Assembly (NCBI GenBank): GCA_050950765.1 | Contig: JBMNIF010000003.1 | Location: 448,001-512,000, forward strand | Origin: Bdellovibrionota bacterium | GTDB taxonomy: Bacteria > Bdellovibrionota_C > UBA2361 > JAAYZI01 | Length of the DNA: 64,000 bases | Direction: 5' to 3' | Shown here: in pieces, positions 30,899-43,182 of the stretch | Position numbering within the stretch: the first letter of the stretch is position 1 | How the letters are laid out: the number at the start of each line of letters is the position of its first letter | Translations under genes and position numbers: made by a program | Notes under the pieces: generated by a model | What the model was told of the DNA's origin: nothing | Databases searched by the model: none | The model's input: only the letters and a program-made list of their open reading frames with translations

Positions 30899-31420
30899 TT
30901 ATTTTTTTACAATCTGATATTCACTAATGCCAACAAGAGTTTTGTTCGCAATTTTACGTCTAAAAAAGTAAAATAAAAACGGAGCTATGATAGCTCCTAA
31001 AGCAGCTTCCAATATCGTGTCGAAAAGGATGCTCCATTCATAATTAATTTCATCATGCACAAGCGCCAAGATTAGATGATGCAAAGACACCGTTAAAAAT
31101 GACGCAATAAAAACCCCTATAACAATCACAAAAGCAGACTCAATAAAGACTCGTTGCGAAGACAACACCAATAAAGCAAATACTAAAACATACGCTCCTG
31201 CCCATGGTCCAAGCAACACTCCACTACACAGATCCAATTCAAATCCAAGCGCAAACGCTAAAATAGCTCCTCTAACATTAGGCTCATAGAATGCTAAATA
31301 AACCAGAACCACCGCCAACAGATTCGGCACCACCATTGCAGGTGCGATCATTTTTAAGATCGTCCCTGGGATAAGAATTGCCAGCATGCCTAAGAATAGT
31401 ATAAAGGATGATTTTTTCAT
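30899..31420 (-). CDS. mreD: Rod shape-determining protein MreD
   Basis: Hydrophobic 173-aa protein between mreC and mrdA. Confidence 0.85.
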   Translation of the reverse strand: MKKSSFILFLGMLAILIPGTILKMIAPAMVVPNLLAVVLVYLAFYEPNVRGAILAFALGFELDLCSGVLLGPWAGAYVLVFALLVLSSQRVFIESAFVIVIGVFIASFLTVSLHHLILALVHDEINYEWSILFDTILEAALGAIIAPFLFYFFRRKIANKTLVGISEYQIVKK

Positions 31421-32271
31421 TCTACCTCTTCTGCCTCTGACTGTTCTCCGACAACGATCAAAACATCCTCTAATTTATTAAAATCGATAGACGTTCTAAC
31501 CTTCAAATCTCGGAACAGAGTTCCCTTCTCATAATCCCCGACAAAAGACACCACCCCAAGTAACAACCCTTTAGGATAGATTCCATCCAATCCAGAAGTA
31601 ATAACCCTATCTCCGAGCCTGACATCCTCTTCACTTTTTACAAATTGCAAACGATAAAAATTTCCGCCTGTACCTTCAACCACACCACGCGTTCGAGTAC
31701 GTTGAATTATAGCATCAGCACCACTACTGGGATCACTTAAAAGAAGAACTTGCGAAGTGTGCAATCCAACCGATACGATCTGTCCGACTACACCATTTCC
31801 GGAAATAACCGCCATCCCTTCCTTAATGTTATCATTCATACCACGATTGACGGTAATTTTTTTTGACCAATTGGTAGGATCGTAAGCTAAAACTCTAGCG
31901 ATATAACCATTCAAAGCCGATGCTTCTGCAACATTCAACAAACTCTTTAAGCGCTCATTTTCACTTGCCAATTCGATTAGTTTTGAGTTTTCAGCTTCAA
32001 GCACCATTAAACGATCCGCCAAGTGTCTATTTTCTTCCTTTACCCCTATCAGATTTATATAGTTTCCCCAAAGCCCGTTAATCCAATCATGCACTGAACG
32101 ATTCAACGCTTGTACGGGTGCTAATGCCTCAGAAAAAACAGTAGTTCCAAACTTTACTATACTCGGATTTCGCGATGTATAAGCAGTCAGCGCCAGTGCC
32201 ACACAAAATAAAATTATCGAAACACTAATTGATCGCTTAACCCCCGTCTGCGCCAAGATCTTTCGCCTCAA
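31417..32271 (-). CDS. mreC: Rod shape-determining protein MreC
   Basis: ENERLKSLL coiled coil and TSGLDGIYPKG motif. Confidence 0.95.
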   Translation of the reverse strand: MRRKILAQTGVKRSISVSIILFCVALALTAYTSRNPSIVKFGTTVFSEALAPVQALNRSVHDWINGLWGNYINLIGVKEENRHLADRLMVLEAENSKLIELASENERLKSLLNVAEASALNGYIARVLAYDPTNWSKKITVNRGMNDNIKEGMAVISGNGVVGQIVSVGLHTSQVLLLSDPSSGADAIIQRTRTRGVVEGTGGNFYRLQFVKSEEDVRLGDRVITSGLDGIYPKGLLLGVVSFVGDYEKGTLFRDLKVRTSIDFNKLEDVLIVVGEQSEAEEVE

Positions 32272-32302
32272 AATTTAATTTTATTATTTACAATAAAAAG
32301 CG

Positions 32303-33355
<1,053 letters not shown>

Positions 33356-33496
33356 TTATAGACAATCTTTCGAAAGGGTATTTGTAACACGCAGAGAGGC
33401 TGCAATCAATTAAAGGTCATATTTTTTGCAAATCCTCTATAACTACCTCTAAATTATAGTATCAGCACACCATTCAAGAGAGTATTTAGAATCTCC

Positions 33497-33969
33497 GCCA
33501 ATTAGGACACCCACTTTTAACCCCCGTCCAGATCTAGCTACTTCGTTTTGCAGTATCAGCCCGCTTAATCGTCCCTAGCGAGTGGTAGTAAATTCTCCCC
33601 GTCCAGATCTAGCCACTTCGCTCTGCCGTCGCAGCCCGTTCAGCCGTCCCTGAAGGGTGGGGGAGCTTCTGGTGGGTGGCACCAAAACTAACCTTTTTTA
33701 GTTAGGTGCTAACATATTGATTTTAAAGACTTCCCCCTTTTAAGCTAAAATCTGCACTGGTGGGTGGCACCAAATTTTTAACCCCCGTACAGACCTAGCT
33801 GACTCGCTCTGCAGTTTCAGCCCGTCCTGCCGTCCCTGAAGGGTGGCACCAGATCCAAAGCCCTGCTGCCAATTAGGATACCCACCTTTACTGGTGGGTG
33901 GCACCAGATCTGCCTAATATCGGTTTTTTGCTAACGCCTTGATATTATTAGCTATTATAATTTTAGAGT
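33497..33969 (-). repeat. Mosaic repeat array 4
   Basis: Cores at 33674, 33762, 33841 and 33896; modules A, C, D and E-like; GGACACCCAC at 33505. Confidence 0.9.
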
Positions 33970-34373
33970 GTAGGATGAGTGGCTGTCTCGGAGCTAACAA
34001 CCGATTCAGGATTATTAGAGGTGTCGACGCTAAACTGTTGTTTTATCTTGTCTGGCACATTTGGCAACTTTTCAAGTTTAACTGCAACCTGAAATGCTAC
34101 GATTTTTGCCGCTAAAAACGAGATCTGATCATCTTGAGGAAGTTTTCTATCTACAAAAATTAAATCGCGTTTATCCAAACAACACGCTCCACTCAACGCC
34201 TTCCAGCCATAGCCCTGTTTTAATCTTTCACGCCTCACCTCAAACCCAGCATCCAACAAAGCAGAAGATAGCTCATTGATTATCTTCTCTTTTTTGGGAT
34301 CACAGTTTGATACTCTTCTTTTACGACGTTTCGGGCTCATAATCATGTTTTTAACTGTTTTAGAAAATTCCAT
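33963..34373 (-). CDS. Hypothetical protein
   Basis: 136-aa ORF; VRRERL..G..SGAC...IFVDRKL looks protein-like. Confidence 0.6.
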   Translation of the reverse strand: MEFSKTVKNMIMSPKRRKRRVSNCDPKKEKIINELSSALLDAGFEVRRERLKQGYGWKALSGACCLDKRDLIFVDRKLPQDDQISFLAAKIVAFQVAVKLEKLPNVPDKIKQQFSVDTSNNPESVVSSETATHPTL

Positions 34374-34597
34374 ATCTTAATCAACATTATAACTTGATAG
34401 ACTTGTATTCTAGTTAATTTTTGTTACTATACCCACCCCGAAGCTTTTGTAAACAGATATAGAGTCGTTTTGACCGTGATTTCGGTGTCGGATCGAATAG
34501 CTAAAGTTCTCCTCCCCCCGAAAGGTGGTTCTGTTTCCGTTTAGTTTTTTTTTGAGAAAGCAATTATTTTTCGAGCGAGTTTTTTGGAGTGATAACC

Positions 34598-34990
34598 ATG
34601 GCAAACGCAGCTAACAATGAGACAGCAGGCAAGAGACAGATGACGTTTCTTGAGAAGGTCACCGCAGAACAGTTACGTGATGACATTCCAGAGTTTCGTC
34701 CTGGTGATACTGTTAGAGTTCATACAAAAATTGTTGAAGGCAATAAAGAACGTATTCAGATCTTTGAAGGAATTGTTATTAAACGCCATAAAAGCACCTC
34801 TTCTAATAGTGCAACGTTCACAGTCAGGAAGATCTCTTACAACGTCGGCGTTGAAAGAACATTTCTTTTACACAGTCCCCGCATAGCTAGGATTGAATTA
34901 GTTACAAAAGGTCGTGTGCGTAGAGCACGCCTTTTCTATCTTCGTGATTTACGCGGAAAAGCTGCTAGGATTAAAGAAAAAAGAAACTAA
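34598..34990 (+). CDS. rplS: 50S ribosomal protein L19
   Basis: [31 protein letters not shown] and LFYLR motifs. Confidence 0.97.
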   Translation: MANAANNETAGKRQMTFLEKVTAEQLRDDIPEFRPGDTVRVHTKIVEGNKERIQIFEGIVIKRHKSTSSNSATFTVRKISYNVGVERTFLLHSPRIARIELVTKGRVRRARLFYLRDLRGKAARIKEKRN

Positions 34991-35010
34991 AATCTTTATT
35001 GGCTACTTAC

Positions 35011-35051
35011 AAAAAAGCAGCACTGAATATAAGTTTCAGCGCTGCTTTTTT
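35011..35051 (+). terminator. Intrinsic terminator, probably bidirectional
   Basis: AAAAAAGCAGCACTGAA...TTCAGCGCTGCTTTTTT. Confidence 0.8.
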
Positions 35052-35299
35052 ATTGCTATTTTATCGCCATTCAATCTCTTTTAATCTCTTTTACTTTAAC
35101 ACATAAAAAAGTCTTCCTCTGTTTTTAATCATTAGCACCTTCACCTTTTACAAAATCATCTCCAACAGCATAAATAAATTTTTTAATAGTAACAGCAGCA
35201 CCACCTCTCCTCCACAGTTAAAACAATAAAACACCTATGAAAGAATTATTTTCACCCTTTTTTAATCAGAATAGGACGGAAAAAGTGACCGCTTACATT

Positions 35300-36895
35300 T
35301 TAATCAGCTGCCCGCCGTAAAAGATTTTCAATTCTTTTTAAAAGCACCTTACGTTGCACTGTTTTTTCACAATAGTCGTCAGCACCAAGGTCTAAAAGTT
35401 GATACTCTTTATCTAGATCTGTTGATACAGTCAGAACCATTACTGGAATATTATTTAAAGAAGGGTTTTCTCTAAGAGCCTGCACTAAAGCTGCCCCATC
35501 CATTTCAGGCATCATCAGATCTGTTAAGATCAGATCCGGTAGAATTTTCTTTGCCAGCTCAAAAGCTTCCTTCCCATTAGCTGCGGACTTCACTTCATAA
35601 CCAGCTGCTTTTAGCACTAACAACAAAATATCCATCTGATCTGCATCGTCTTCTGCAACTAATAATAATGGATTGGCACGTGGAGTTTTGTATATCTTTC
35701 GCGCATCAATCTGTCGCTTCTGATTTTTTAAATTATTCTTATTCTCCGCAACATTTAAAGCTTGCTGCACTTCCAACGGCTCTGCATTGAACGTTTGTAA
35801 TGCCCTCTGACATAGTAACTTCGTATAAACCTCAGGAAGAAGCCTTGCGATACTATGCAAAGATTCAAAAGCGATCTCTCCATGCTCTATCTTATTTAAT
35901 CCATCTTGCAGTAACGTTATTGCACCATCATCATAAACCGACTCAAGGAGAGTAGCTTCTTTAATATTATCTTTTAATTTATTTAAAACGAAATTATCGT
36001 GATTAACGATTATCCCCATTAAATAGACATAGCCGTAATAACCACGTTGTTCACATTGAGGACAACCGCGACCAATCTGATAATTAGAAACACCTTCCGG
36101 ACGCAAAACAGCAGGAAGGTCTTCCAACCATTTCGGATCGCACACCGCTTCTCTGGCACAAGCGGAACACGTTTTATTTGCAAAAGCAGCTGTTAGCGAA
36201 CCAACCAAATTAAGTTTATTAAAAGCGTAATCTGATTCTCTTAACTTTAATAACGGAGTTAAAGGATCAACCGCTTGAAGTGTGGCGACCAACAACTCAT
36301 CTTTACTGTGCTCAAGCACATACCGCTTTGTAAGATCGCTTGTCACTTCTCCAACAGGGATAGCAGGACTTAAAGCTAAAAGCATACTCTGCACGGCGTT
36401 AGTCTGAACTTCATTACATGAAGAAGCTATAATCAAACCACTCTTTGCTTGAATGATCGCCTCCAACTGCGAACGCATCTGCGGTGTTAAGGCAAGCTTC
36501 GCCAAAAAATCTTGCTTTGAAATAACTTTTATTTCTGAAATAACGGAACGAAACTGCCCCTCTTTAAAGACAAAATAAAGAACGTTGTCAGCGTCAGATA
36601 TAAAACAATCACAATCGCTCTTTTCACCGTTCTTTGTAGAGAGACCGAGTAGCTTAGCGCAATACTCATTAGCGCAACTTCTTAAATAAGAAAAAAACGG
36701 TTGTTTTAAATTAACATCATAAGATTCAAAACGAACTTCCTCAGAACCGTTCAAAACTTGTATCTTTATCACGTCCCTTAAAGCTGAAATCATCACCGTC
36801 CCTTGCGGCAAGGTAGCTGCTTCCTTTATGGCGACCTTCAACGTCTTCATCGCTATCTTTATATCTTCAACTGAGCATGTCTTTATAGTTTCCAT
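35300..36895 (-). CDS. Degenerate PilB/GspE-like domain fused to a C-terminal receiver domain
   Basis: CSAC...GRGCPQC zinc motif and TLLQDGL.K; REC motifs AEDD, DLMMPEMDG and GADDYC.K. No intact Walker A. Confidence 0.75.
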   Translation of the reverse strand: METIKTCSVEDIKIAMKTLKVAIKEAATLPQGTVMISALRDVIKIQVLNGSEEVRFESYDVNLKQPFFSYLRSCANEYCAKLLGLSTKNGEKSDCDCFISDADNVLYFVFKEGQFRSVISEIKVISKQDFLAKLALTPQMRSQLEAIIQAKSGLIIASSCNEVQTNAVQSMLLALSPAIPVGEVTSDLTKRYVLEHSKDELLVATLQAVDPLTPLLKLRESDYAFNKLNLVGSLTAAFANKTCSACAREAVCDPKWLEDLPAVLRPEGVSNYQIGRGCPQCEQRGYYGYVYLMGIIVNHDNFVLNKLKDNIKEATLLESVYDDGAITLLQDGLNKIEHGEIAFESLHSIARLLPEVYTKLLCQRALQTFNAEPLEVQQALNVAENKNNLKNQKRQIDARKIYKTPRANPLLLVAEDDADQMDILLLVLKAAGYEVKSAANGKEAFELAKKILPDLILTDLMMPEMDGAALVQALRENPSLNNIPVMVLTVSTDLDKEYQLLDLGADDYCEKTVQRKVLLKRIENLLRRAAD

Positions 36896-36941
36896 AATTT
36901 TTGCCTACCCAAAACCTTTAAAAAGTCATTCACTAGCCATT

Positions 36942-36969
36942 TTATCGGCATTTAAGGCGTTCCTCTTGA
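36942..36969 (-). promoter_or_regulatory. Possible sigma-28 promoter
   Basis: Minus strand reads TCAAG-N15-GCCGATAA, a perfect -10 match, 46 bp before the start. Confidence 0.45.
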
Positions 36970-37179
36970 GAGAATTTATTACTAAAATCAGAGCGTTAAA
37001 AACGACTTATGCTTTCATTCGTAAAAATGATAAAAAAGCAGCGCCCCCCAACGCTAGCGCAATTATTTCTCATAAAAAATCTTTATCATTCCAATAGTTA
37101 CGGCTATGCCTTTTAAACCTCAATGTGATATTGATCATGTTTTGTAATTACTCTTGATACACAAGTTTTTAGATACTCC

Positions 37180-40100
37180 ATGAATAAGCGCCGTTTGATT
37201 ATCACAATATTATTTACGACCCTTTTAGTGTCGCTTATTTTGTTTCTTTATGCTTGGAACACTTTACAACATTTTGGAGCCACTCAGATCACTGCTCTTC
37301 TACAATCCGAGATCGACGAATCGTGCGGAGGAACTTTTAAGACAGATCAGATTACAATAAATCCTTTTTTACTTTCTGCCACCGCAACTAATGCACGGAT
37401 AGAACAGGCCGATAATCAAGCTGTTTTGAATTTTAAAAAACTTCACGCCACCTTCAGTCTGAAAAGAATCTTTGAACATGTTATTATATTAAAAGAGCTC
37501 AATCTTATTGAAGGCACCTCTACTGGTGTTACCCCTCAAACCCCCACCTATATCTTTATAGACTACCTAGCAAAGCCATTACCGCCAGAGAAACAAATAC
37601 CAGGAAGGTGGCGTTTAAAGCTGCACGATCTTAATGTTTTAAAAACAACTATCAATGAAAAATTAGGGACTCTAGCACTGACCTCATATGACACCGCTTT
37701 CTCTTTAAAAAGAGATAACCGCGACAATTTTATTCTGACTTCCAGCATGGGAGCTTTAGATGCAAGTATTAAAGGCAAAGTTTGGCATCTCGGAAGTGTA
37801 GAGGGAGAGGGGTATATTGATGACTACGATCTTAAGTTAAATAAAGTAAGTATAAATTCAGACTCGCCTTGGATTACTGCTATTTTACGCTTCGCCACAA
37901 CACCTGATGACGATACGGTGGAAGGTACCTTAAACTTTAATCTACCCACTTCATTACTCGGTCTCGACTCTTGGATCAATGCCACTTTAGCAGGAGGGGG
38001 AGAAGTTAGTGGGGATCTCGACAATTTAAAGTTAGCAGGAAGTATTGCAAGTGTTGACACAGCACCTGCTTTTATTCCCATTGCAGACACAACTATCCCA
38101 CTAAACAAGTTAAAGATCGACTACACTGCAACACTTGATGACGGTTACTCTGCCAAGATTACAAATATGAGTGCAGAATCTTACAAAATTGATATCACTC
38201 AACCGATCTCCATTAAAAATGATGTTTTTTCTGGAGAAGCAAATATCAAACTACCCGAATTAAACATCTCAGGTACACATTGCAAAAATGCAGATATCAA
38301 TCTTAATTTATCAGGTGATATCTCTGCCATATCAGCCGTTCTTGATGGATCCTGCCAGAGTCTTTCAGTTATCGGTGCAGAGATACCTTCGCCACATCTA
38401 AGATTTGAATATATCAATGGCGAGATGCAGCTTAATCTTGAGCATCAACAAAGAGACGGAGGAGAACTACACGTAGTTTTAAAGATGTCGGAAACTCCCG
38501 ACACTACCATTATTGATAATTTTGAAGTTTCCACAAAAGATTACCCTCTAAAGCTATCAAAAAATCTGACAGCTAAGATCAATACAGATCTCCGTCTTGA
38601 TAATCACACACACTCGCCAACTGATACCGTCTTAAACTCTAAAACTACAGCCACATTTTCAATTGACCTCCCTCACTTTTCACAACTTAACGGAGAAGCT
38701 ACTATTAAAGATGCTCTCTTTTCTCTTAAAGCAGAAACTCTCGACAACACTATAAAGATAGAACTTTCAAAAAATTTAAAGACCCCTTCACCTTTTAAAT
38801 TACGCCTAGATGTTGCAACTTTTAACCTCGAAACACTTTCTCCTACCCTTGCCTGTTCAACTATCTCTCTGCAAGGTGATTATAACTTTTTCCCAGAAGT
38901 TGCCACTAAAGGTAACGGAAAGATTAAAATTTCGGAACTGCAGTTAGGTTGTGAGCCGCATCGTCTAACTCTTCTAAATGAGGCAAATTTAATTATCAAA
39001 AACGGCACCTTATTCATCAAAAACCTTACAACAAACGGTGAAAATGCACAGGCGATATTTTCAGGTCAAATCACTACTTCTAAGATTGATTTAGCTGCTA
39101 ACTTAAAAATTCAACTAGCACTCCTTCAACATACCTTCCCTTTTGTTGATGATCTGCAAGGAGATCTGGAAGCTGATTTTAAAATAAACGGAGGCTTTAG
39201 TGATATCTCACTTATAGGAACTGCGAGTATCAAAGAGGGAGAGATATCGGTGGAATCTTGGGATATCAATGCCCACTCTTTGGAGGGAACTGCCCTCTTT
39301 TCTAAAGGTAAAATCTCTCTACAAGATCTTAGTGGAGAATTAAATAACGGTTCAATCCAGCTCGGCGCTTCTATTGCTCTCGATAAATCAGATCAAAATA
39401 AGCTAACAGTTAATTTTTCAGATATTACATTAAAACCAGACGATAATTTATCAATGCAAATTTCAGGAGATTTAAAACTATCGGACGTCACAGAGCGCCC
39501 TACACTAGAAGGCAACATCGCTATAAATCGAGCTGAAATTTTACAAAGTCTCAACCTTGCTACTGCAATCAATGCTCTGACTGAATATCTCTTTAAGAGC
39601 AAACACAAAAAAACAACCCAAACACTTCCTGATATCGCTCTCAACATCCGTTTAGTAGCAGCGCGTAATTTTATGATTATAAGCAACCTTCTTCAAGCTG
39701 AATTAAAGGGAGCATTCACTATTAAAGGAAATTTACAAAATCCGAAATTACGCGGGACAGCGCAAACTATTTCAGGATGGCTAGCTTTTAATGATCACTA
39801 CTTTGATATTACATCAGGACGCGTCATCTTTAAACAATCGAAACCTGATGGTGCCTTAGAAGTTATCGGGGAGACTACGATTTTTAATAATACAGGCAAT
39901 TTGGAGACTGTTTTTCTTGAGGCGACAGGTTCCTTAACAAACCCGCATGTACGCTTAACTTCAGAAAATAACCTTTCTCAAAATGAAATTTTAACACTTC
40001 TCACAACATCTCCAAACACGGAGGTGCCCGATATTCATCGCGGGACAGCGCTTGACGCACTTTCAATATTACCAGATGACGATCATCACGGTGTCGCAGC

Positions 40101-42855
40101 GCTACTGAACTCTTTAACGCGCATCGATGCTATCTCCATAGAACCTGCACATGATTCAACAAGTGGAACAATTCATCCAGCATTTATCGCCCGTAAAGAC
40201 CTAACCGATCGTATCTCGCTAAGTGGTGAATCTATCTTGAGCGGCACAGAACCTAATTCAAAACTAAAACTAAACTACCGCTTAAATGACGACATCTCTT
40301 TTATGGGTATTTTGGACAGTGCTGACGAAGAAAGAAACACTGCCTTAGAGGCTAATCTTGTTTTTACTATCTTTTCAAAAGAAGCAAAACTAATCTCTAT
40401 TACAATGTCAGGAAACGATTCTTTCAGTGAACGAACTCTGATTCCACACTTGCGCATCAATCAAAGCTCTAAGGTATTTTTTAAAGAACTGCCGTACTCA
40501 GTTGATCTATTAAAACGCTTCTATCATGATCAAGGCTACTTTGACGTTAAAATTACAGCAAATGCTAAAGAAAAAGATGGTTACTTAGAGCAGATTAATT
40601 TTGTTATTGATGAGGGCTCTCTTTACACCATTCAACAGATCGACTGTATAGGTGACAAACTTCCTAAAAAATTTATTTCAGAAAAAATGTTCTTAAAGAA
40701 TATCGGGAAACCCGCTTCAAAAGAGGTTTTAGAAAATATCTCAAATAGCATCTTAAAGAAGTTACGTCGGCACGGTTATCTCAGTGGTAGTGTACGTGGG
40801 CGTTATAGCAACAAAGGGGCGCTACTCTCTTATAAAATTCACTGCGGAAACATCACTAAATTTTCATTTTCAGGCAACTCTCTTTTTAGTGATACGGAGC
40901 TATTGGAAACAATTAATATCTTTCGGAGGAAGCAACCTTTTGGAAGTAATACGATCCTTATCTTACTTGAAAATATTAAAAATTTATATCAGAAAGCGGG
41001 CTATGCAGATATTAAAGTAAACTGGTCACGTGAGGTAACAGAACAATCTACAACTTACAATATTACTATTATTGAGGGTAAAAAAACTGCTATCTCAGCT
41101 GTTAAAATTTTAGATCTACCACTCACTGATGACACACTTGATAACGCTTTACAACGACACGGCTCTTCGTTGCAAAAGATCAAAGAGCCTGTCAATGCTG
41201 TTGATAGTGAACTGCAACAAAATGCCCACCTTTTAAGTATGATCCTACAAGAAGAAGGCTGGCCTAATGCAGATGTCACATATTCCACTTCTTTAGAGCC
41301 AGATCTGTCATCAGTCAAAATTGTATATACTGTGCAAGCGGGTGCTCCAAAACTGATTTCAATTATCAATACAGTGGGGTGGCCTGAAGAGTTACAAAAA
41401 CCAAACCCGCCCAACCTCCCCTGCCCGATGCAACAGGTAGAGGGGTATGGTAGGTTATTATTGGAAGAGTTAAATAATAACGGCTTTATTCACGCCGCAG
41501 TAGGAGTTGAGTTTATTAAGAGCGCTTCTCCTGAGGCAAGTTGTATATCACCATCTGCAACGATATGTTCTACCGATCCTGTTTATACAGCAACAATTAC
41601 ACTAAACCCAAATCAACGCACGTACATAAGAGAGATCTCTATTCTCGGTAATAAGCAGATTGATGAATCCACTATCTTGAAACATCTTTCGATAAAATCA
41701 GGGATGCCGTGGTCTAATAATCAATTTCAAGAGAGCCGTCGCAATCTCTTAAAGCTCGGTCTTTTTTCTAATGTTGATTTTATCCCTAAAGATAACTCAC
41801 TAAATTCTGAAGCAGAAGATCTGTATATAGTAGTAAAAGAGCGGGCGCTTCACACCTTAGACCTCGGGGTAGGAGCCAATTCTGAGCTAGGGCTACACCT
41901 TTTTGGTGAAGCTACAAACAGAGAATTCTTCAAAGACGGCAGAACGACCTCTATCAGAAGTGACATTTATTATGATCCAGCAGAAGAGGACATCTCCCAC
42001 GGAATAGCCAACTTCAGATATTCACATCCATCATTTCTTGATACGAGGTATCAGCTGACGAACGATCTCCGTTTTCAGAAGCTAGACCTTTCAACTTTTG
42101 AATTTAATGTTGATCGTTTAATGTTTAACACGAACTTTTCTGATGTAAGTCACGGTAACTTTTCTCACTCTTTTGGGCATTCGTTTATTGTTGAAGATCT
42201 CAGTGATGTTTCTGAAGATGCTATTTTAAGCGATTTGGATAGTGGTACAAACTCTCTAAGTATCTTATCAGCGCAATTCAACTATGACCGTCGAGATAAT
42301 CCTATCAATCCGCGAAACGGCTACTATGCAACGTTAAGTAGTAGTTTAGCAACAGATCTTATCGGCTCCGATGCTGATTACTATATGCTGCAAGGAAGGT
42401 TATCAGGGCTACACCAGATCCCTGATTCTCGTTTTGGAATCGGTGCCAACCTAAATGTAGCAGCTGCTTGGGCCTTTAATGGAACGGAAGAGATCCCCAT
42501 TTCGCAACGTTATTATCTCGGCGGGCGCAATTCGGTACGTGGCTTCAGAGAAAACTCACTCGGGCCACTTGGATCTGACGGTAGTGTTATCGGTGGAGAT
42601 GTTTCTGTTCTTAGTAATATCGAATTAAAATACGATCTGACAGAACACTTTTCATTACTTACCTTTCTTGATTCAGGTACTGTTTTTTTACAAGATGAAG
42701 GGATTGATTTTGATGAATTGCGTTGGAGTAGCGGAGGTGGCTTTAGATATAGATCTCCGATCGGGCCTATCGGATTTGATATTGCGCATCCATTAGATGA
42801 AAAAGCAGGCGAGCCCTCTATCCGCGTCCACTTCAGCATCGGCTCAACTTTTTAG
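37180..42855 (+). CDS. TamB/AsmA-like region fused to POTRA repeats and an Omp85 (TamA/BamA) barrel
   Basis: N-terminal TM anchor, beta-rich repeats, POTRA motifs (GYF, LGLFSNV), YLGGRNSVRGF, SPIGPI and a terminal F. Confidence 0.8.
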   Translation: MNKRRLIITILFTTLLVSLILFLYAWNTLQHFGATQITALLQSEIDESCGGTFKTDQITINPFLLSATATNARIEQADNQAVLNFKKLHATFSLKRIFEHVIILKELNLIEGTSTGVTPQTPTYIFIDYLAKPLPPEKQIPGRWRLKLHDLNVLKTTINEKLGTLALTSYDTAFSLKRDNRDNFILTSSMGALDASIKGKVWHLGSVEGEGYIDDYDLKLNKVSINSDSPWITAILRFATTPDDDTVEGTLNFNLPTSLLGLDSWINATLAGGGEVSGDLDNLKLAGSIASVDTAPAFIPIADTTIPLNKLKIDYTATLDDGYSAKITNMSAESYKIDITQPISIKNDVFSGEANIKLPELNISGTHCKNADINLNLSGDISAISAVLDGSCQSLSVIGAEIPSPHLRFEYINGEMQLNLEHQQRDGGELHVVLKMSETPDTTIIDNFEVSTKDYPLKLSKNLTAKINTDLRLDNHTHSPTDTVLNSKTTATFSIDLPHFSQLNGEATIKDALFSLKAETLDNTIKIELSKNLKTPSPFKLRLDVATFNLETLSPTLACSTISLQGDYNFFPEVATKGNGKIKISELQLGCEPHRLTLLNEANLIIKNGTLFIKNLTTNGENAQAIFSGQITTSKIDLAANLKIQLALLQHTFPFVDDLQGDLEADFKINGGFSDISLIGTASIKEGEISVESWDINAHSLEGTALFSKGKISLQDLSGELNNGSIQLGASIALDKSDQNKLTVNFSDITLKPDDNLSMQISGDLKLSDVTERPTLEGNIAINRAEILQSLNLATAINALTEYLFKSKHKKTTQTLPDIALNIRLVAARNFMIISNLLQAELKGAFTIKGNLQNPKLRGTAQTISGWLAFNDHYFDITSGRVIFKQSKPDGALEVIGETTIFNNTGNLETVFLEATGSLTNPHVRLTSENNLSQNEILTLLTTSPNTEVPDIHRGTALDALSILPDDDHHGVAALLNSLTRIDAISIEPAHDSTSGTIHPAFIARKDLTDRISLSGESILSGTEPNSKLKLNYRLNDDISFMGILDSADEERNTALEANLVFTIFSKEAKLISITMSGNDSFSERTLIPHLRINQSSKVFFKELPYSVDLLKRFYHDQGYFDVKITANAKEKDGYLEQINFVIDEGSLYTIQQIDCIGDKLPKKFISEKMFLKNIGKPASKEVLENISNSILKKLRRHGYLSGSVRGRYSNKGALLSYKIHCGNITKFSFSGNSLFSDTELLETINIFRRKQPFGSNTILILLENIKNLYQKAGYADIKVNWSREVTEQSTTYNITIIEGKKTAISAVKILDLPLTDDTLDNALQRHGSSLQKIKEPVNAVDSELQQNAHLLSMILQEEGWPNADVTYSTSLEPDLSSVKIVYTVQAGAPKLISIINTVGWPEELQKPNPPNLPCPMQQVEGYGRLLLEELNNNGFIHAAVGVEFIKSASPEASCISPSATICSTDPVYTATITLNPNQRTYIREISILGNKQIDESTILKHLSIKSGMPWSNNQFQESRRNLLKLGLFSNVDFIPKDNSLNSEAEDLYIVVKERALHTLDLGVGANSELGLHLFGEATNREFFKDGRTTSIRSDIYYDPAEEDISHGIANFRYSHPSFLDTRYQLTNDLRFQKLDLSTFEFNVDRLMFNTNFSDVSHGNFSHSFGHSFIVEDLSDVSEDAILSDLDSGTNSLSILSAQFNYDRRDNPINPRNGYYATLSSSLATDLIGSDADYYMLQGRLSGLHQIPDSRFGIGANLNVAAAWAFNGTEEIPISQRYYLGGRNSVRGFRENSLGPLGSDGSVIGGDVSVLSNIELKYDLTEHFSLLTFLDSGTVFLQDEGIDFDELRWSSGGGFRYRSPIGPIGFDIAHPLDEKAGEPSIRVHFSIGSTF

Positions 42856-43182
42856 CAAAGAACCTCCTAGCTATATATAAAGATGCTTATGCGATACTCT
42901 CTTTTTGTTAAAACTTATCGCTGAAGCGCCTGTATAATAATAATTAAATCAATATGTTAGCATTAAAAGGGGCTAACAAACTTATTCTTATTATTTTTCA
43001 GGATCCTTTTTTTATTTAATAACATCTCATGAATACAGGTTTATGACTTATTCAGTTTTAGGGTTTTTAAAAGGTACTCTATCTGTGAATAGGTTTTATT
43101 TGGTGAATGGCTACTTAATTTGTTTTTATACAATAAAAACCTGATGCGGAAGATTAGGTTTAAAAGTTTTGAGGGCTTACAA

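Noticed and set aside
42947..42962. Isolated AATCAATATGTTAGCA identical to the module C IHF site
   Set aside because: No core lies 25 bp away. Probably an ordinary promoter IHF site or a relic; cannot be assigned.
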